Shown here: positions 10,914 through 20,607 of the stretch, piece by piece
How the letters are laid out: each line of letters starts with the position of its first letter
How positions within the stretch are numbered: the first letter of the stretch is position 1
Source of the DNA: an uncultured Campylobacterales bacterium
GTDB lineage: Bacteria > Campylobacterota > Campylobacteria > Campylobacterales > Sulfurimonadaceae
Reading direction: 5' to 3'
Assembly (NCBI GenBank): GCA_903885085.1
Contig: CAISHH010000154.1
Span: 1,694-65,693, forward strand
DNA: 64,000 nucleotides
Notes under the pieces: model-generated
Database searches by the model: none
Seen by the model: the letters and a program-made list of their open reading frames with translations, nothing else
Told to the model about the DNA's origin: nothing
Program-made: the position numbers and the translations under genes

Positions 10914-11855
10914 CTACTTCATATGTGCACGAACAACGCGTGCGACTTCACCGTAAAACAAATTAGCGTCAAACTTAACCAAGTAGGCTTCAGCACCAGC
11001 ATCTTTGCCACGCATTTCACTAAAATGATCACTAATTGATGAGTTAAAAACTATCGGAATATTTTTATATCTCCCATCTTCTTTAACATTTGCTGCAAAG
11101 TGAAAGCCATCCATCAAAGGCATCTCAATATCTGAGATAATGAGTTTAAGATGATTTGTTATTCCCTCTTCGTACATCGCATAGATATCATCAAGTTTTT
11201 CAAGCCCATCTTGTCCATCACTTGCTTCAACAACATCAAAGCCCATCTTTTCAAGAGCATCTCTTACTATTTTTCTAGCTGTTGAGCTGTCATCAAGCAA
11301 CAATACAAGTCCTGCAAAAGTATCAAGATCTTGAGGAATATCTCCAGTATTTGGTTTATACAGTCCCAAATCTTGGACAACAGCTTCCAAGTCAAGAATC
11401 AAAAGTACCGCATCATCTTCGATACGTGTCACTCCTGTTATCTTACTGCCATCAAATCCCTCTCCTCCGGAAACAAAAGAAGCAGGCTCAATATCTTTCC
11501 AGTTTATACGGCGAATTCGTCTCGCTTCATGAACAATAAAGCCGATAAGAACATTATTAAATTCAGCAATAATGACACGCGCATTTTTTCCAGCATCTTC
11601 AGGAACATTCACACCCATCCAACTAGCTAAATTCACAACAGGAATGACAACACCACGAAGATCAAAAATACCTTCTATAAATTCCGGAACTCCCGGAAGT
11701 TCTGTTAGAGAGGGAACACGAATAATTTCCCGAACTTTAGCGACATTGACACCGTAAATCCCCTCATACACTTCATCATCTTCTTGTTTGAAGATACGAA
11801 AGTCCACAAGTTCCATCTCATTACTGCCAACTTTTAATGTTGCGTTTTCTTTCAT
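10914..11855 (-). CDS. cheV: Chemotaxis protein CheV
   Basis: NEMELVDF, YGVNVAKVREI, CheW plus REC (SDIEMP). Confidence 0.95.
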   Translation of the reverse strand: MKENATLKVGSNEMELVDFRIFKQEDDEVYEGIYGVNVAKVREIIRVPSLTELPGVPEFIEGIFDLRGVVIPVVNLASWMGVNVPEDAGKNARVIIAEFNNVLIGFIVHEARRIRRINWKDIEPASFVSGGEGFDGSKITGVTRIEDDAVLLILDLEAVVQDLGLYKPNTGDIPQDLDTFAGLVLLLDDSSTARKIVRDALEKMGFDVVEASDGQDGLEKLDDIYAMYEEGITNHLKLIISDIEMPLMDGFHFAANVKEDGRYKNIPIVFNSSISDHFSEMRGKDAGAEAYLVKFDANLFYGEVARVVRAHMK

Positions 11856-12598
11856 TCACCTAACTCCTTAGAAGCATCGACCTCTAATAATAGCTCTTCT
11901 TGCGGGGATTGTACAATAAAATATCTTTGATTACAAGCAAAAGCAGCCAAATTAATATAGGTAAAATCGTCCACGCCAAAGCTTCTGTTTTGATGAAAAT
12001 GTCCCTCTATAAAATAATCACAGCTATTAGAAAATCTTTTATCTAGACGTGTTGTAATGTATCTTTGAAAACCTTCAAAATTATTACAATCTTCTTTTTT
12101 TTGAAGATACGTATCGAGTTTTTTTAGTATAAAATGATTCCCAAAAAGGTCAATGTATTTCAAACAAGTAAGGATAAATCGGTTTCGTATCAAAGATGTG
12201 TATATTTTATAACCCAAGTCCTCGCCAAAATCACCATGCGCGAGTAAAATCTTCTTATCATTATATTTACATGAGAGAGGCTGAGAGGCAAGCGGATAGA
12301 TCTTAATATTTTCAAATACACCTTCCAAACAAAAATCATGATTTCCTTCAAGATAAATCACTTCTATTTTCTGCGCTATTGAGTTTAGTAAATCTATCAT
12401 TTTTTGGTTACCATCTAAAGTATAAGGGATAGGTCCAAAAAGAGTATCAAAGATATCACCCATCAAAATAAGTTGTGAGGGTTTTAAAACACCAGCATCT
12501 ATCTCTTCTAAAAGAGCCTTTAATTCTGGTCGATGTGGCGAATAATGAGCATCTGAAATAACAAATGCTCCCTCTTTGAGAAGAAAACTATGGGACAT
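11852..12598 (-). CDS. lpxH: UDP-2,3-diacylglucosamine diphosphatase (metallophosphoesterase)
   Basis: SDAH, GDIFD, GNHD, AHGD, GHFH motifs. Confidence 0.82.
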   Translation of the reverse strand: MSHSFLLKEGAFVISDAHYSPHRPELKALLEEIDAGVLKPSQLILMGDIFDTLFGPIPYTLDGNQKMIDLLNSIAQKIEVIYLEGNHDFCLEGVFENIKIYPLASQPLSCKYNDKKILLAHGDFGEDLGYKIYTSLIRNRFILTCLKYIDLFGNHFILKKLDTYLQKKEDCNNFEGFQRYITTRLDKRFSNSCDYFIEGHFHQNRSFGVDDFTYINLAAFACNQRYFIVQSPQEELLLEVDASKELGE

Positions 12599-13592
12599 AC
12601 GCTATTGCTGGCAAAGCCGTATGTTCATCATATCCCATCATCAGATTTGCATTTGCAACTGCTGCTGAAGATGCGCCTTTTAGAAGGTTGTCAATAGCTG
12701 ATGAGATAAACAGCGTATCGCCGTTTCTTTTTGCAAAAATATCGCAAAAATGGGTTCCAGCAACACTTTTCATATCAACTGGATTTTCTCTCACACGCAC
12801 GAATCTTTCCTCTTTGTAATACTCTTTTAATACAGCAATAGGATCAAAATCTCCACGCACTTGCATATAAATAGATGAAACCATACCTCTAGTAGCGGGA
12901 ACTAAATGAGGCACAAAACTTACATCTGAGAAATCAATACCAAGTTTTTCGGCTATCTCAGGTGCATGACGATGTCCTAGAGGATTGTACGCGAAAAAGT
13001 TATCGTTAACATTGACAAAATGGGTAATGTCACTGAGTTTTTTACCCGCTCCGCTCACTCCGCTTTTTGCATCGACTATGAAAGGTGAATGCTCTTTTTT
13101 ATACTTCATAAACGGCAATGCGCCAAGAATGACACTTGTCGGATAGCATCCCGGATTTGCGATGAGTTTTGCACTCTTAATCTTTTCGCGGAAGAGTTCA
13201 GGCAAGCCATAAACTGCGTGAGTAAGGTTCTCTTTATCTGTATGCTCACAATAATGCTTTTCATACAGATCAAGCTCGAGTCTATAATCAGCCGAAAGAT
13301 CAACGACTTTCAAACCTTTTTCTAAAAGAGGTTTTACATACGCCATAGCAGTTTGATGTGGAAGAGCCAAAAAGGCAAGCTCACTCACTTTTGCCACCTC
13401 ATCGATATCCGCTTTTTGTATATCACACTCATAAACACCTTTTAGTGAGGGATGAAGCTCTGCTAGACTCATATTTCCTTCACTATTTGCGACATAAGTA
13501 AGTTTAAAATTCGGATGATTAATTAATATCTTTAGAAGCTCAAGCCCTGTGTATCCACTTGCTCCGATGATGGCTACATTAGTGACATTCAA
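12588..13592 (-). CDS. argC: N-acetyl-gamma-glutamyl-phosphate reductase
   Basis: GASGYTG, ANPGCYPT, SGVSGAG, DNLLKGA; probable TTG start at 13592 after SD AGGAG. Confidence 0.96.
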   Translation of the reverse strand: MNVTNVAIIGASGYTGLELLKILINHPNFKLTYVANSEGNMSLAELHPSLKGVYECDIQKADIDEVAKVSELAFLALPHQTAMAYVKPLLEKGLKVVDLSADYRLELDLYEKHYCEHTDKENLTHAVYGLPELFREKIKSAKLIANPGCYPTSVILGALPFMKYKKEHSPFIVDAKSGVSGAGKKLSDITHFVNVNDNFFAYNPLGHRHAPEIAEKLGIDFSDVSFVPHLVPATRGMVSSIYMQVRGDFDPIAVLKEYYKEERFVRVRENPVDMKSVAGTHFCDIFAKRNGDTLFISSAIDNLLKGASSAAVANANLMMGYDEHTALPAIAYVP

Positions 13593-14076
13593 AGACGATC
13601 TCCTGATATCTAACTGATTCGATCTCAAACTCTTTTTCACCATTTGGAAGCTTGACCTTCACCTCATCGCCCTCTTCTCGTCCCAAAAGCTGTTTTGCAA
13701 GCGGAGAGTTAAATGAGATAAGCCCGATATCTGGATTGCTTTCACAGCCACCTACTATCGTATAAGTTTTTTCTTCACCGCTTGCCATGTCACTTAAAGT
13801 TACCGTTGAACCAAAACTCACTTTCGCATGTTCAAGTTCACTTGGATTGACGATCTGCGCATTTGAAATCATTTCTGCTATCTCAATCATTCTTCCATCG
13901 ATGAGTCTTTGTTTCTCTTTTGAAGCGTGATACTCAGCATTTTCTTTCAAGTCTCCATGTTCTAGAGCCTCTTCTATATCTTTTACAGTTTGCGGACGTT
14001 CCACCATTTTAAGGTAAGTGAGCTCAGCTTGAAGTTTTTCATATCCATATTTTGTCATAGGTTCTTGTATTGTCAT
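13579..14076 (-). CDS. greA: Transcription elongation factor GreA
   Basis: HGDLKENAEYH, ISFNSPLAKQLLG. Confidence 0.97.
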   Translation of the reverse strand: MTIQEPMTKYGYEKLQAELTYLKMVERPQTVKDIEEALEHGDLKENAEYHASKEKQRLIDGRMIEIAEMISNAQIVNPSELEHAKVSFGSTVTLSDMASGEEKTYTIVGGCESNPDIGLISFNSPLAKQLLGREEGDEVKVKLPNGEKEFEIESVRYQEIVFECH

Positions 14077-14183
14077 TATTTCTCTTTTTTCATAGTGTAT
14101 TTAGCTAAAGGATTATATCAAAAAATTAAAACAAAGTTTTGTTATAATTTGTCTAGATTATAAACTTCTATAGAGGATATTTT

Positions 14184-16490
14184 GTGCATATATACAAACA
14201 GCTTAGTGAGGCTTATAATAATTTAACGCTTTCTATCCTTGGAGTCATAGCTAATGCTGCTGTTTTATTTTATATTTTTTTTGGACATACAAATAATACT
14301 ACTCTCATTATCTGGGGAGCTTTTGTCCTATTAATTTCAGTATTTCGTTACTTGACTGTTTTAAAATATAAAGCCGAAAAAACTCTTTTGTACATAGATA
14401 AATGGCAAAAATTACTTTTTATCGGTATTGTTTTATCTGCACTAAGTTGGGGTATAACTCCCTTTCTTTTTTTTGTTCCCGGAAACTATCTATATCAGAT
14501 GGTACTTATTGTAATTTTGGCTGGACTTAGTGCTGGCAGTATCAGTACGCTTGCGCATATCCGTCTCAATATTCAACTCTACTTAGTTGTTCTTATAGTT
14601 CCTCTCATCGTGGAGCTTCTTTTGCAAAAAACTGCAATACATAATGATATGGCCATACTTGTGTCACTTTATCTTCTACTTTTACTTACTGTTTCAAAAA
14701 AATTCAATCAAACTTATCTCGATTCTATCACGTCACATTTGATGTTTGAACAAAAAAGAGAGGAGTTTTTAGAATCTGAACAGAAGTTTAAAGCAATCTT
14801 TAAAAGTGTTCCAATTGGAATATTATTTTACGATACAAACCTCATCATTCAGGAGGTCAATAATAGTTTTGTTGATTTCATCGCAGCTCCCAAAGATTTT
14901 CTTATCGGCTTAGATCTTGAAAAGAGTCGAGATAGAAGCCTTATGCCCACATTTAAAGCAGCCCTTGATGGGATTAGTGGATTTTATGAGGGGCCATACA
15001 CAACACTCTATAAACAAAAAGATCTATGGGTTAGTATGAGTACCTCTCCCCTGCGAAACAGTGATAACGAAATCATCGGCGCAGTCGGTATCATCGCTGA
15101 TATTACAGAAAGGATGTTAATCCAACTTCAAATAGAACATCAGGCAAATCATGATACTCTCACAGATATCCCAAATAGAGCAAACTTAAAACAAGAGATA
15201 GCTAAAAATATTATCCGCTTTCAAAGACATGGAGTGATCTTTGCAATTATCTTTTTGGATCTTGACCATTTTAAAAATATCAACGACTCTTTAGGCCATG
15301 ATGTAGGAGACAAACTTTTAGTACAAACTGCTACTCGTCTTAAAAATACAATAAGAGATGAAGATATGGTTGCTCGAATTGGTGGAGATGAGTTTGTGAT
15401 CTTGCTTCCTGATCTTTCTGCAGATGAATTTGAAGCTGCAAAAAGTGCAGAGATCGTCTCTCAAAAAATTCACGAAACATTTCGTACTCCTTTTGAGATC
15501 GATGGATATAAACTCAATATATCTTCCAGCCTTGGTATTACTCTCATAAATGCTCAATCCCAAAGTGAAGATGCCCTTCTAAAACATGCCGACATTGCCA
15601 TGTATGAATCAAAAAAAGATGGAAGAAATACTACAAGATTTTATCAAGAGAGTATGGATCAATGGATCAAAAGACGTCTTGAAGTAGAAAATGAACTCAA
15701 AAATGCTATTAAAAACAATGAACTCAGACTCGTTTATCAGCCCGTTGTCGAGTTTGCAACTTCTAAAGTTATCGGAATGGAAGCGCTTATAAGGTGGAAA
15801 AGCCAAAAGCTCGGAGATATGTATCCAGATGAATTTATCACCATCGCCGAAGAGAGTGGGATGATTTTATCAATCGGAGAGTGGGTACTTCAAGAGGCCG
15901 TGAGTCAGTTTATGATTTGGCAAAAGCAGTTTGCACACACGATAAATCTGAAAAAAATTGCCGTCAATGTCAGCGTACACCAATTTAACGCTCCTAATTT
16001 TTTAATGCAAGTTGAAAATATCATAGCCCAAAGCGGCATTGTAAAAGAACATCTTGAGCTTGAACTTACAGAGTCTATCATCGTAAAAGATATCTCAGGT
16101 GTGCGCGCTAAGATGCAACAGCTTCGTGATCTTGGCGTCAATCTTTCTATAGATGATTTTGGAACGGGTTATTCTTCGCTCTCATATCTCAAGAAACTCC
16201 CTTTTACAACACTCAAAATCGATAAATCTTTTACTCAGGATATTGGAAATGATGTCGATGACAAAGAACTTATCAGCACCATCATCACCATCGCCGAAAA
16301 CTTCAACCTCGAAGTAGTCATCGAGGGTGTTGAAACTTATGAACAGTATGCTTTTGTGAATGAAAGAAAAGCAACATTTATGCAGGGGTATTTCTGCTCC
16401 AAACCTATGGAAAAAGAGAGTTTTGAAGCGATGCTTGAGTCAAGCAATGGAATCTGCTCTATAATGACTGAGGCAAAGGAAAAAATATGA
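14184..16490 (+). CDS. Membrane-bound PAS-GGDEF-EAL c-di-GMP protein
   Basis: About 6 TM helices, PAS, RDED I-site plus GGDEF, MEAL, DDFGTGYSSL; extended -10 TGTTATAAT at about 14140. Confidence 0.93.
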   Translation: MHIYKQLSEAYNNLTLSILGVIANAAVLFYIFFGHTNNTTLIIWGAFVLLISVFRYLTVLKYKAEKTLLYIDKWQKLLFIGIVLSALSWGITPFLFFVPGNYLYQMVLIVILAGLSAGSISTLAHIRLNIQLYLVVLIVPLIVELLLQKTAIHNDMAILVSLYLLLLLTVSKKFNQTYLDSITSHLMFEQKREEFLESEQKFKAIFKSVPIGILFYDTNLIIQEVNNSFVDFIAAPKDFLIGLDLEKSRDRSLMPTFKAALDGISGFYEGPYTTLYKQKDLWVSMSTSPLRNSDNEIIGAVGIIADITERMLIQLQIEHQANHDTLTDIPNRANLKQEIAKNIIRFQRHGVIFAIIFLDLDHFKNINDSLGHDVGDKLLVQTATRLKNTIRDEDMVARIGGDEFVILLPDLSADEFEAAKSAEIVSQKIHETFRTPFEIDGYKLNISSSLGITLINAQSQSEDALLKHADIAMYESKKDGRNTTRFYQESMDQWIKRRLEVENELKNAIKNNELRLVYQPVVEFATSKVIGMEALIRWKSQKLGDMYPDEFITIAEESGMILSIGEWVLQEAVSQFMIWQKQFAHTINLKKIAVNVSVHQFNAPNFLMQVENIIAQSGIVKEHLELELTESIIVKDISGVRAKMQQLRDLGVNLSIDDFGTGYSSLSYLKKLPFTTLKIDKSFTQDIGNDVDDKELISTIITIAENFNLEVVIEGVETYEQYAFVNERKATFMQGYFCSKPMEKESFEAMLESSNGICSIMTEAKEKI

Positions 16491-16744
16491 AAATGAAAAA
16501 TATACTACTCGCGTTTACACTTTTAGGCTCTTTGACATCGCTTCTTGGGCAAAGTGCTTTTGAAACACAAGAGAAAAAAACAGCAGTTTCTGCGCTCAAA
16601 GATGCAAAGCATTCACAGCAAAAAAAGGTACAAAAAACGACTCAGCCAGTGATGAAAAAATATGATTCCTACGAGGCTAAAGAGGTTCAAAGCTATAAAA
16701 ATAATAACTCAGGACAGATGCAAGTCAAAATTCCGACGCATTAA
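16487..16744 (+). CDS. Small secreted Lys/Gln-rich hypothetical protein
   Basis: Signal-peptide-like N-terminus; ATGA overlap with the upstream gene. Confidence 0.7.
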   Translation: MKMKNILLAFTLLGSLTSLLGQSAFETQEKKTAVSALKDAKHSQQKKVQKTTQPVMKKYDSYEAKEVQSYKNNNSGQMQVKIPTH

Positions 16745-17004
16745 TCTTCGATCAAACTCATCTTTGAGAGATCAAACGTCATCTTTTTTTGCTTACATGT
16801 AAAGAGAAGATGACACCTTTTTTTTGAGATACTTTGAGGCTCTTGGAGATTTTCTAAAAGCGTCATCATCTCTTTTGTTGTCGGATCATAAACATTCAAA
16901 GTATCCTTACATGTAAAGAAAATCCGTCCACCGCCGCAACCATCACCGATAATCCCCTCACACCAGCTTGTCGCACCAAAGGGCACAATTACCGTAAAAT
17001 CCAT
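16741..17004 (-). CDS. Hypothetical protein (WCEG..GDGCGGG motif) coupled to tcdA
   Basis: ATG 17004 overlaps the tcdA stop; carries two copies of the TTACATGTAA palindrome. Confidence 0.75.
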   Translation of the reverse strand: MDFTVIVPFGATSWCEGIIGDGCGGGRIFFTCKDTLNVYDPTTKEMMTLLENLQEPQSISKKRCHLLFTCKQKKMTFDLSKMSLIED

Positions 17005-17651
17005 TATTTTTTCCCTGTAAGTTTTAAGACTGCCTGAGAACACATCGCAAATCCAAATGCACCCGTAACGCCCATAAAACTCCCTTTTTCTTTGATGAGT
17101 GCGGGTTCACTTGAAAAGATGACCGTATAGTTTTTGTCAAACTTTCGCTTTTTGAGTTCATAACGTATCTTCGCGCCAAAGCGGTCTCCGTGTGTTTTCC
17201 AAATGGTCGCGACCTCTATCTTTGTCGGGTCAAGCCTTTTTGCAGAACCCACAGCAGAGATCAGTTTTTTATAGGTTTTTTGAGCCAAATACAACTTTGC
17301 GTGGATATCATCTATCGCATCTAAAACAAGATCATACTCATCAAAATCCACACTGTCTATCCACTCTTTATCGACCCTTATATGTAAGGCTTTTACAGTT
17401 GGATAATGCTGTTTGAGTGCTTCAACTTTCGACTCTCCAAGATGGAGTTCCGACCACATTTGACGGTTTTGATTTGTTTCATCATAAGTGTCACAATCCA
17501 CAATGGTAATGTCTGTGATACCTGTTCTCACTAAACAATCAAGACACACACTCCCTACTCCACCAACTCCCAAAAGAAGGATTTTTGCGTTTTGAAGTTT
17601 GGCAAAATCATCGCCAAAAAGCATCTCGCTTCTTGTGTATCTCAAAGCCAT
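17004..17651 (-). CDS. tcdA: tRNA threonylcarbamoyladenosine dehydratase (ThiF family)
   Basis: GVGGVGS, TNQNRQ, DAID, LDPTKI, VIFSSE. Confidence 0.88.
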   Translation of the reverse strand: MALRYTRSEMLFGDDFAKLQNAKILLLGVGGVGSVCLDCLVRTGITDITIVDCDTYDETNQNRQMWSELHLGESKVEALKQHYPTVKALHIRVDKEWIDSVDFDEYDLVLDAIDDIHAKLYLAQKTYKKLISAVGSAKRLDPTKIEVATIWKTHGDRFGAKIRYELKKRKFDKNYTVIFSSEPALIKEKGSFMGVTGAFGFAMCSQAVLKLTGKK

Positions 17652-18415
17652 TCTTCCAACATTTCCATAGAATGATACGCACTCAAGTCCATATGAACAG
17701 GTGTAAGGGAGATAAACCCGCTCTCTATGGCATCATAATCACACAGTCCTTTTTTATCCGCTCTTGGTTTAAATGCCAAAGGATGTAACCCGAGCCAGTA
17801 AAACTCTTCGCCTCTAGGGTTACGATGCAGATGCGCGTCATTGGCATAAAATCTATATCCCGCATAAGTCACAACCATCTTTGCTTCATGTACGCCTGAG
17901 GGAATATTGATATTTAAAAACTCTCTGTGAGGAAGTGGAAAAGTGCCCTCAGTTATCTTTATAACAAGTTCTCTTATCGTCTTTGCTGCTAATGTATAGT
18001 CATTGTTTGAAACAGCAAAATCCACGACTTGAGAGATGGCGATTGCAGGCACATCATGAAGTACCGCCTCCATAGCTCCCGCGCAAGTTCCTGAGTAGGT
18101 AATATCTTCGCCCATATTTGAACCGCGATTGATTCCGCTTATGACAAGATCGGGTTTTGTTCCCTCAAAAAGAGAGTTAAGTGCAAGATAAATACAATCC
18201 GCAGGAGTTCCATCATCAAGCTTATAAAACCCATCATCCACGCCAATAAAACGCAAAGGTCTTGTCAAAGTCAGCGAGTGCGCACAAGCCGATTTTTCCG
18301 TCGCAGGTGCTACTATTGTAAGCTCTGCTATACTTTTGAGCGCATCGATTAAACAGCGCAAACCTTTTGCCTCATACCCATCATCATTCGTTATTAATAT
18401 CTTTAATTTTTTCAT
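17642..18415 (-). CDS. surE: 5'/3'-nucleotidase SurE
   Basis: ILITNDDG, GTPADC, SGINRGSNMG, YSGT. Confidence 0.97.
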   Translation of the reverse strand: MKKLKILITNDDGYEAKGLRCLIDALKSIAELTIVAPATEKSACAHSLTLTRPLRFIGVDDGFYKLDDGTPADCIYLALNSLFEGTKPDLVISGINRGSNMGEDITYSGTCAGAMEAVLHDVPAIAISQVVDFAVSNNDYTLAAKTIRELVIKITEGTFPLPHREFLNINIPSGVHEAKMVVTYAGYRFYANDAHLHRNPRGEEFYWLGLHPLAFKPRADKKGLCDYDAIESGFISLTPVHMDLSAYHSMEMLEEWL

Positions 18416-18555
18416 AACGTGATTTTACTATATTATTATATCAATACGAAACACTTAACACTTATTGTTACAAAATCCTACTCTACTTTTATCACATTTT
18501 TTGATATAGCTGTATACTAACAAGCAGAAAACTACACTATAGAGGTTATTTTATT

Positions 18556-19368
18556 ATGAAACAAGAACTGATAAAAGAAATTGAATTGATTCCAATGCTT
18601 CCGGAATCTATCTTAAAAATAGAAAAAGTGTATGCAAATCCAGAAAGCTCAATAAAAGAGATGACGGCGGCGCTTGAAAGTGATCCTTTGATGGTTGCAA
18701 ATATCTTAAAGATTGCCAACTCTCCATTATATGGATTCTCAAGAGAGATCAAAGATATAGCGCAGGCTGTTTCACTTTATGGCAAAGACACTATCCGTTC
18801 TTTTGCACTCAATATCGCGGCAAATAAATGTGTACCAATAAATGTCGATCCATATAGCATCAGCGTGAGCGGATATATTAAGAAAGCTCAAGTGCAAAAC
18901 GCACTTATTACAAATTGGATTGGAAAGACAGATAGACAAGCACTTGCACTTCTTGCTCCAGCTTCATTTTTAGTGGAGATTGGAAAGATTATTATCAGCC
19001 AGTATCTTGAAAAAAACAATCTTTCTTCTGAGTTTAAATCTGATCTCAGTCAAAACCATTCTTATGAAAAAAGTGAACTTCATCTTTGTGGAAGCCGTTC
19101 ATACGACGTAGCAGCGACTATCTTCTTTAACTGGAACTTCAACTCAGATCTTGTTCACCTTGTACGTTACGCTGATGAACCAGATGATGCACTTGATGAA
19201 GAGACAAAACATCTTGCAAAATATCTTAAAATTGCAAAAGATGTCGTAAACTTTAATGGAGAGATCACTGAAGAATCTCTCAAAGAAGCAACAGACTTAA
19301 TAGAAGAGTTTGGTCTTGATCTTGATTCATTCAATAACGCTATAGAAAAAATCCAAAACGCTGCATAA
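18556..19368 (+). CDS. HDOD domain protein
   Basis: DPLMVANILKIANSPLYG, AVSLYG, IGKIII. Confidence 0.9.
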   Translation: MKQELIKEIELIPMLPESILKIEKVYANPESSIKEMTAALESDPLMVANILKIANSPLYGFSREIKDIAQAVSLYGKDTIRSFALNIAANKCVPINVDPYSISVSGYIKKAQVQNALITNWIGKTDRQALALLAPASFLVEIGKIIISQYLEKNNLSSEFKSDLSQNHSYEKSELHLCGSRSYDVAATIFFNWNFNSDLVHLVRYADEPDDALDEETKHLAKYLKIAKDVVNFNGEITEESLKEATDLIEEFGLDLDSFNNAIEKIQNAA

Positions 19369-19373
19369 AACGC

Positions 19374-19397
19374 TGTAAAGGCTTTTTTGCCTTTGCT
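19374..19397. terminator. Probable bidirectional terminator
   Basis: GTAAAGGC-TTTTTT-GCCTTTGC between convergent stops. Confidence 0.55.
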
Positions 19398-19401
19398 TCT
19401 T

Positions 19402-20607
19402 CTAAGAACAACGCTCCATTTTTAAAGAAAATAAAAATCCTATTGCTAAACTCACAATCGTTACACTATAAAGTACGTTATATCCAAAATTATCTACGAT
19501 CAAAGCACCTAAAATAGGGAAAAAAAGCCCTATTGATGTCAGATTTGACTGCAAGGCAATATATACTGGACGTTGATGTTGTGGAGCTAATATGAGAATC
19601 ATATTTGAAAAAGCAAGGCGAAGTCCATCCATGGCCGCACCGATAAGAAAGAAAACTACAAAATAAATTTCAGCTCTCTTACTCAGTAACAAAAGCAAAA
19701 TCGCACTAGCATGTAAGCCAAACCCAATCCATACTATAAGACGATTTGAAGAAAGATATCCCCATAAAATATTACTCAGCATTCCACCAGCCATCTGCGC
19801 GGTGATAAGTCCGCCAATGACAAAACCACTCAAAGCTATATGATTTTTGGCATCGAGTACAATAAATGGCAAAGACAGAAGATAAGTGTAGGAGATCAGA
19901 TATACAATAATCTGTTTTTGAAGAGCATCATCATTTTTGAGGATTTTAAAACTGTTATTTAAAAAGTGGCGAAATTTTTCCTCTTTTTGTGTGACCTGCT
20001 CTTTTATAGGTTCAGGTATCGTGGCAAAAGCGTAAATGCCAAGAAGCATCAAAAGAGCACTGAGCATATAAAGCATTCCGTAAGAATCAGGCGCTTTTGT
20101 CACAGACATCACAACGCCCGCAATCCCTCCACTAATGATGGAACCAAGTCCCATAAAAAACTGTCTGTTAGCTATAACACGTCCGCGCACTTTATGAGAA
20201 AACACTTTTGCGACCACTTCATTGAAATAAACCGTGCCAAATCCCGCGGCAAAAGAGAAGATAAAAAGCCCTATTCCTATGCTTGCAAGGGCGACGTTTG
20301 GATGCTTTTCACCGAAAAAGAAGATAACAAAACCTATGCCAAACCAAGATAAAAAACGTGCAGCAAAAACGCGGTGGAGATAGGGCATCATTCGAGGATA
20401 GCTCTGCGCATAAAAAGCTGCAAAAAGCTGGACTAAAATAGAACCCCCTTTAATAAGAGAGGTAAAAAAACCTATAAGAAGATGTGAGCCTCCAAAGAAA
20501 CTGACCATCAAAGGAAGGATGGTCGAAGGTTCAGCAATGGTTGTTGCAACAGAGATAAAAAAGCCATGAATGGCGTACTTTTTATTGCTTGAAAGAGGTT
20601 TTTTCAA
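19402..20607 (-). CDS. MFS transporter
   Basis: About 12 TM helices, 401 aa. Confidence 0.88.
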   Translation of the reverse strand: MKKPLSSNKKYAIHGFFISVATTIAEPSTILPLMVSFFGGSHLLIGFFTSLIKGGSILVQLFAAFYAQSYPRMMPYLHRVFAARFLSWFGIGFVIFFFGEKHPNVALASIGIGLFIFSFAAGFGTVYFNEVVAKVFSHKVRGRVIANRQFFMGLGSIISGGIAGVVMSVTKAPDSYGMLYMLSALLMLLGIYAFATIPEPIKEQVTQKEEKFRHFLNNSFKILKNDDALQKQIIVYLISYTYLLSLPFIVLDAKNHIALSGFVIGGLITAQMAGGMLSNILWGYLSSNRLIVWIGFGLHASAILLLLLSKRAEIYFVVFFLIGAAMDGLRLAFSNMILILAPQHQRPVYIALQSNLTSIGLFFPILGALIVDNFGYNVLYSVTIVSLAIGFLFSLKMERCS

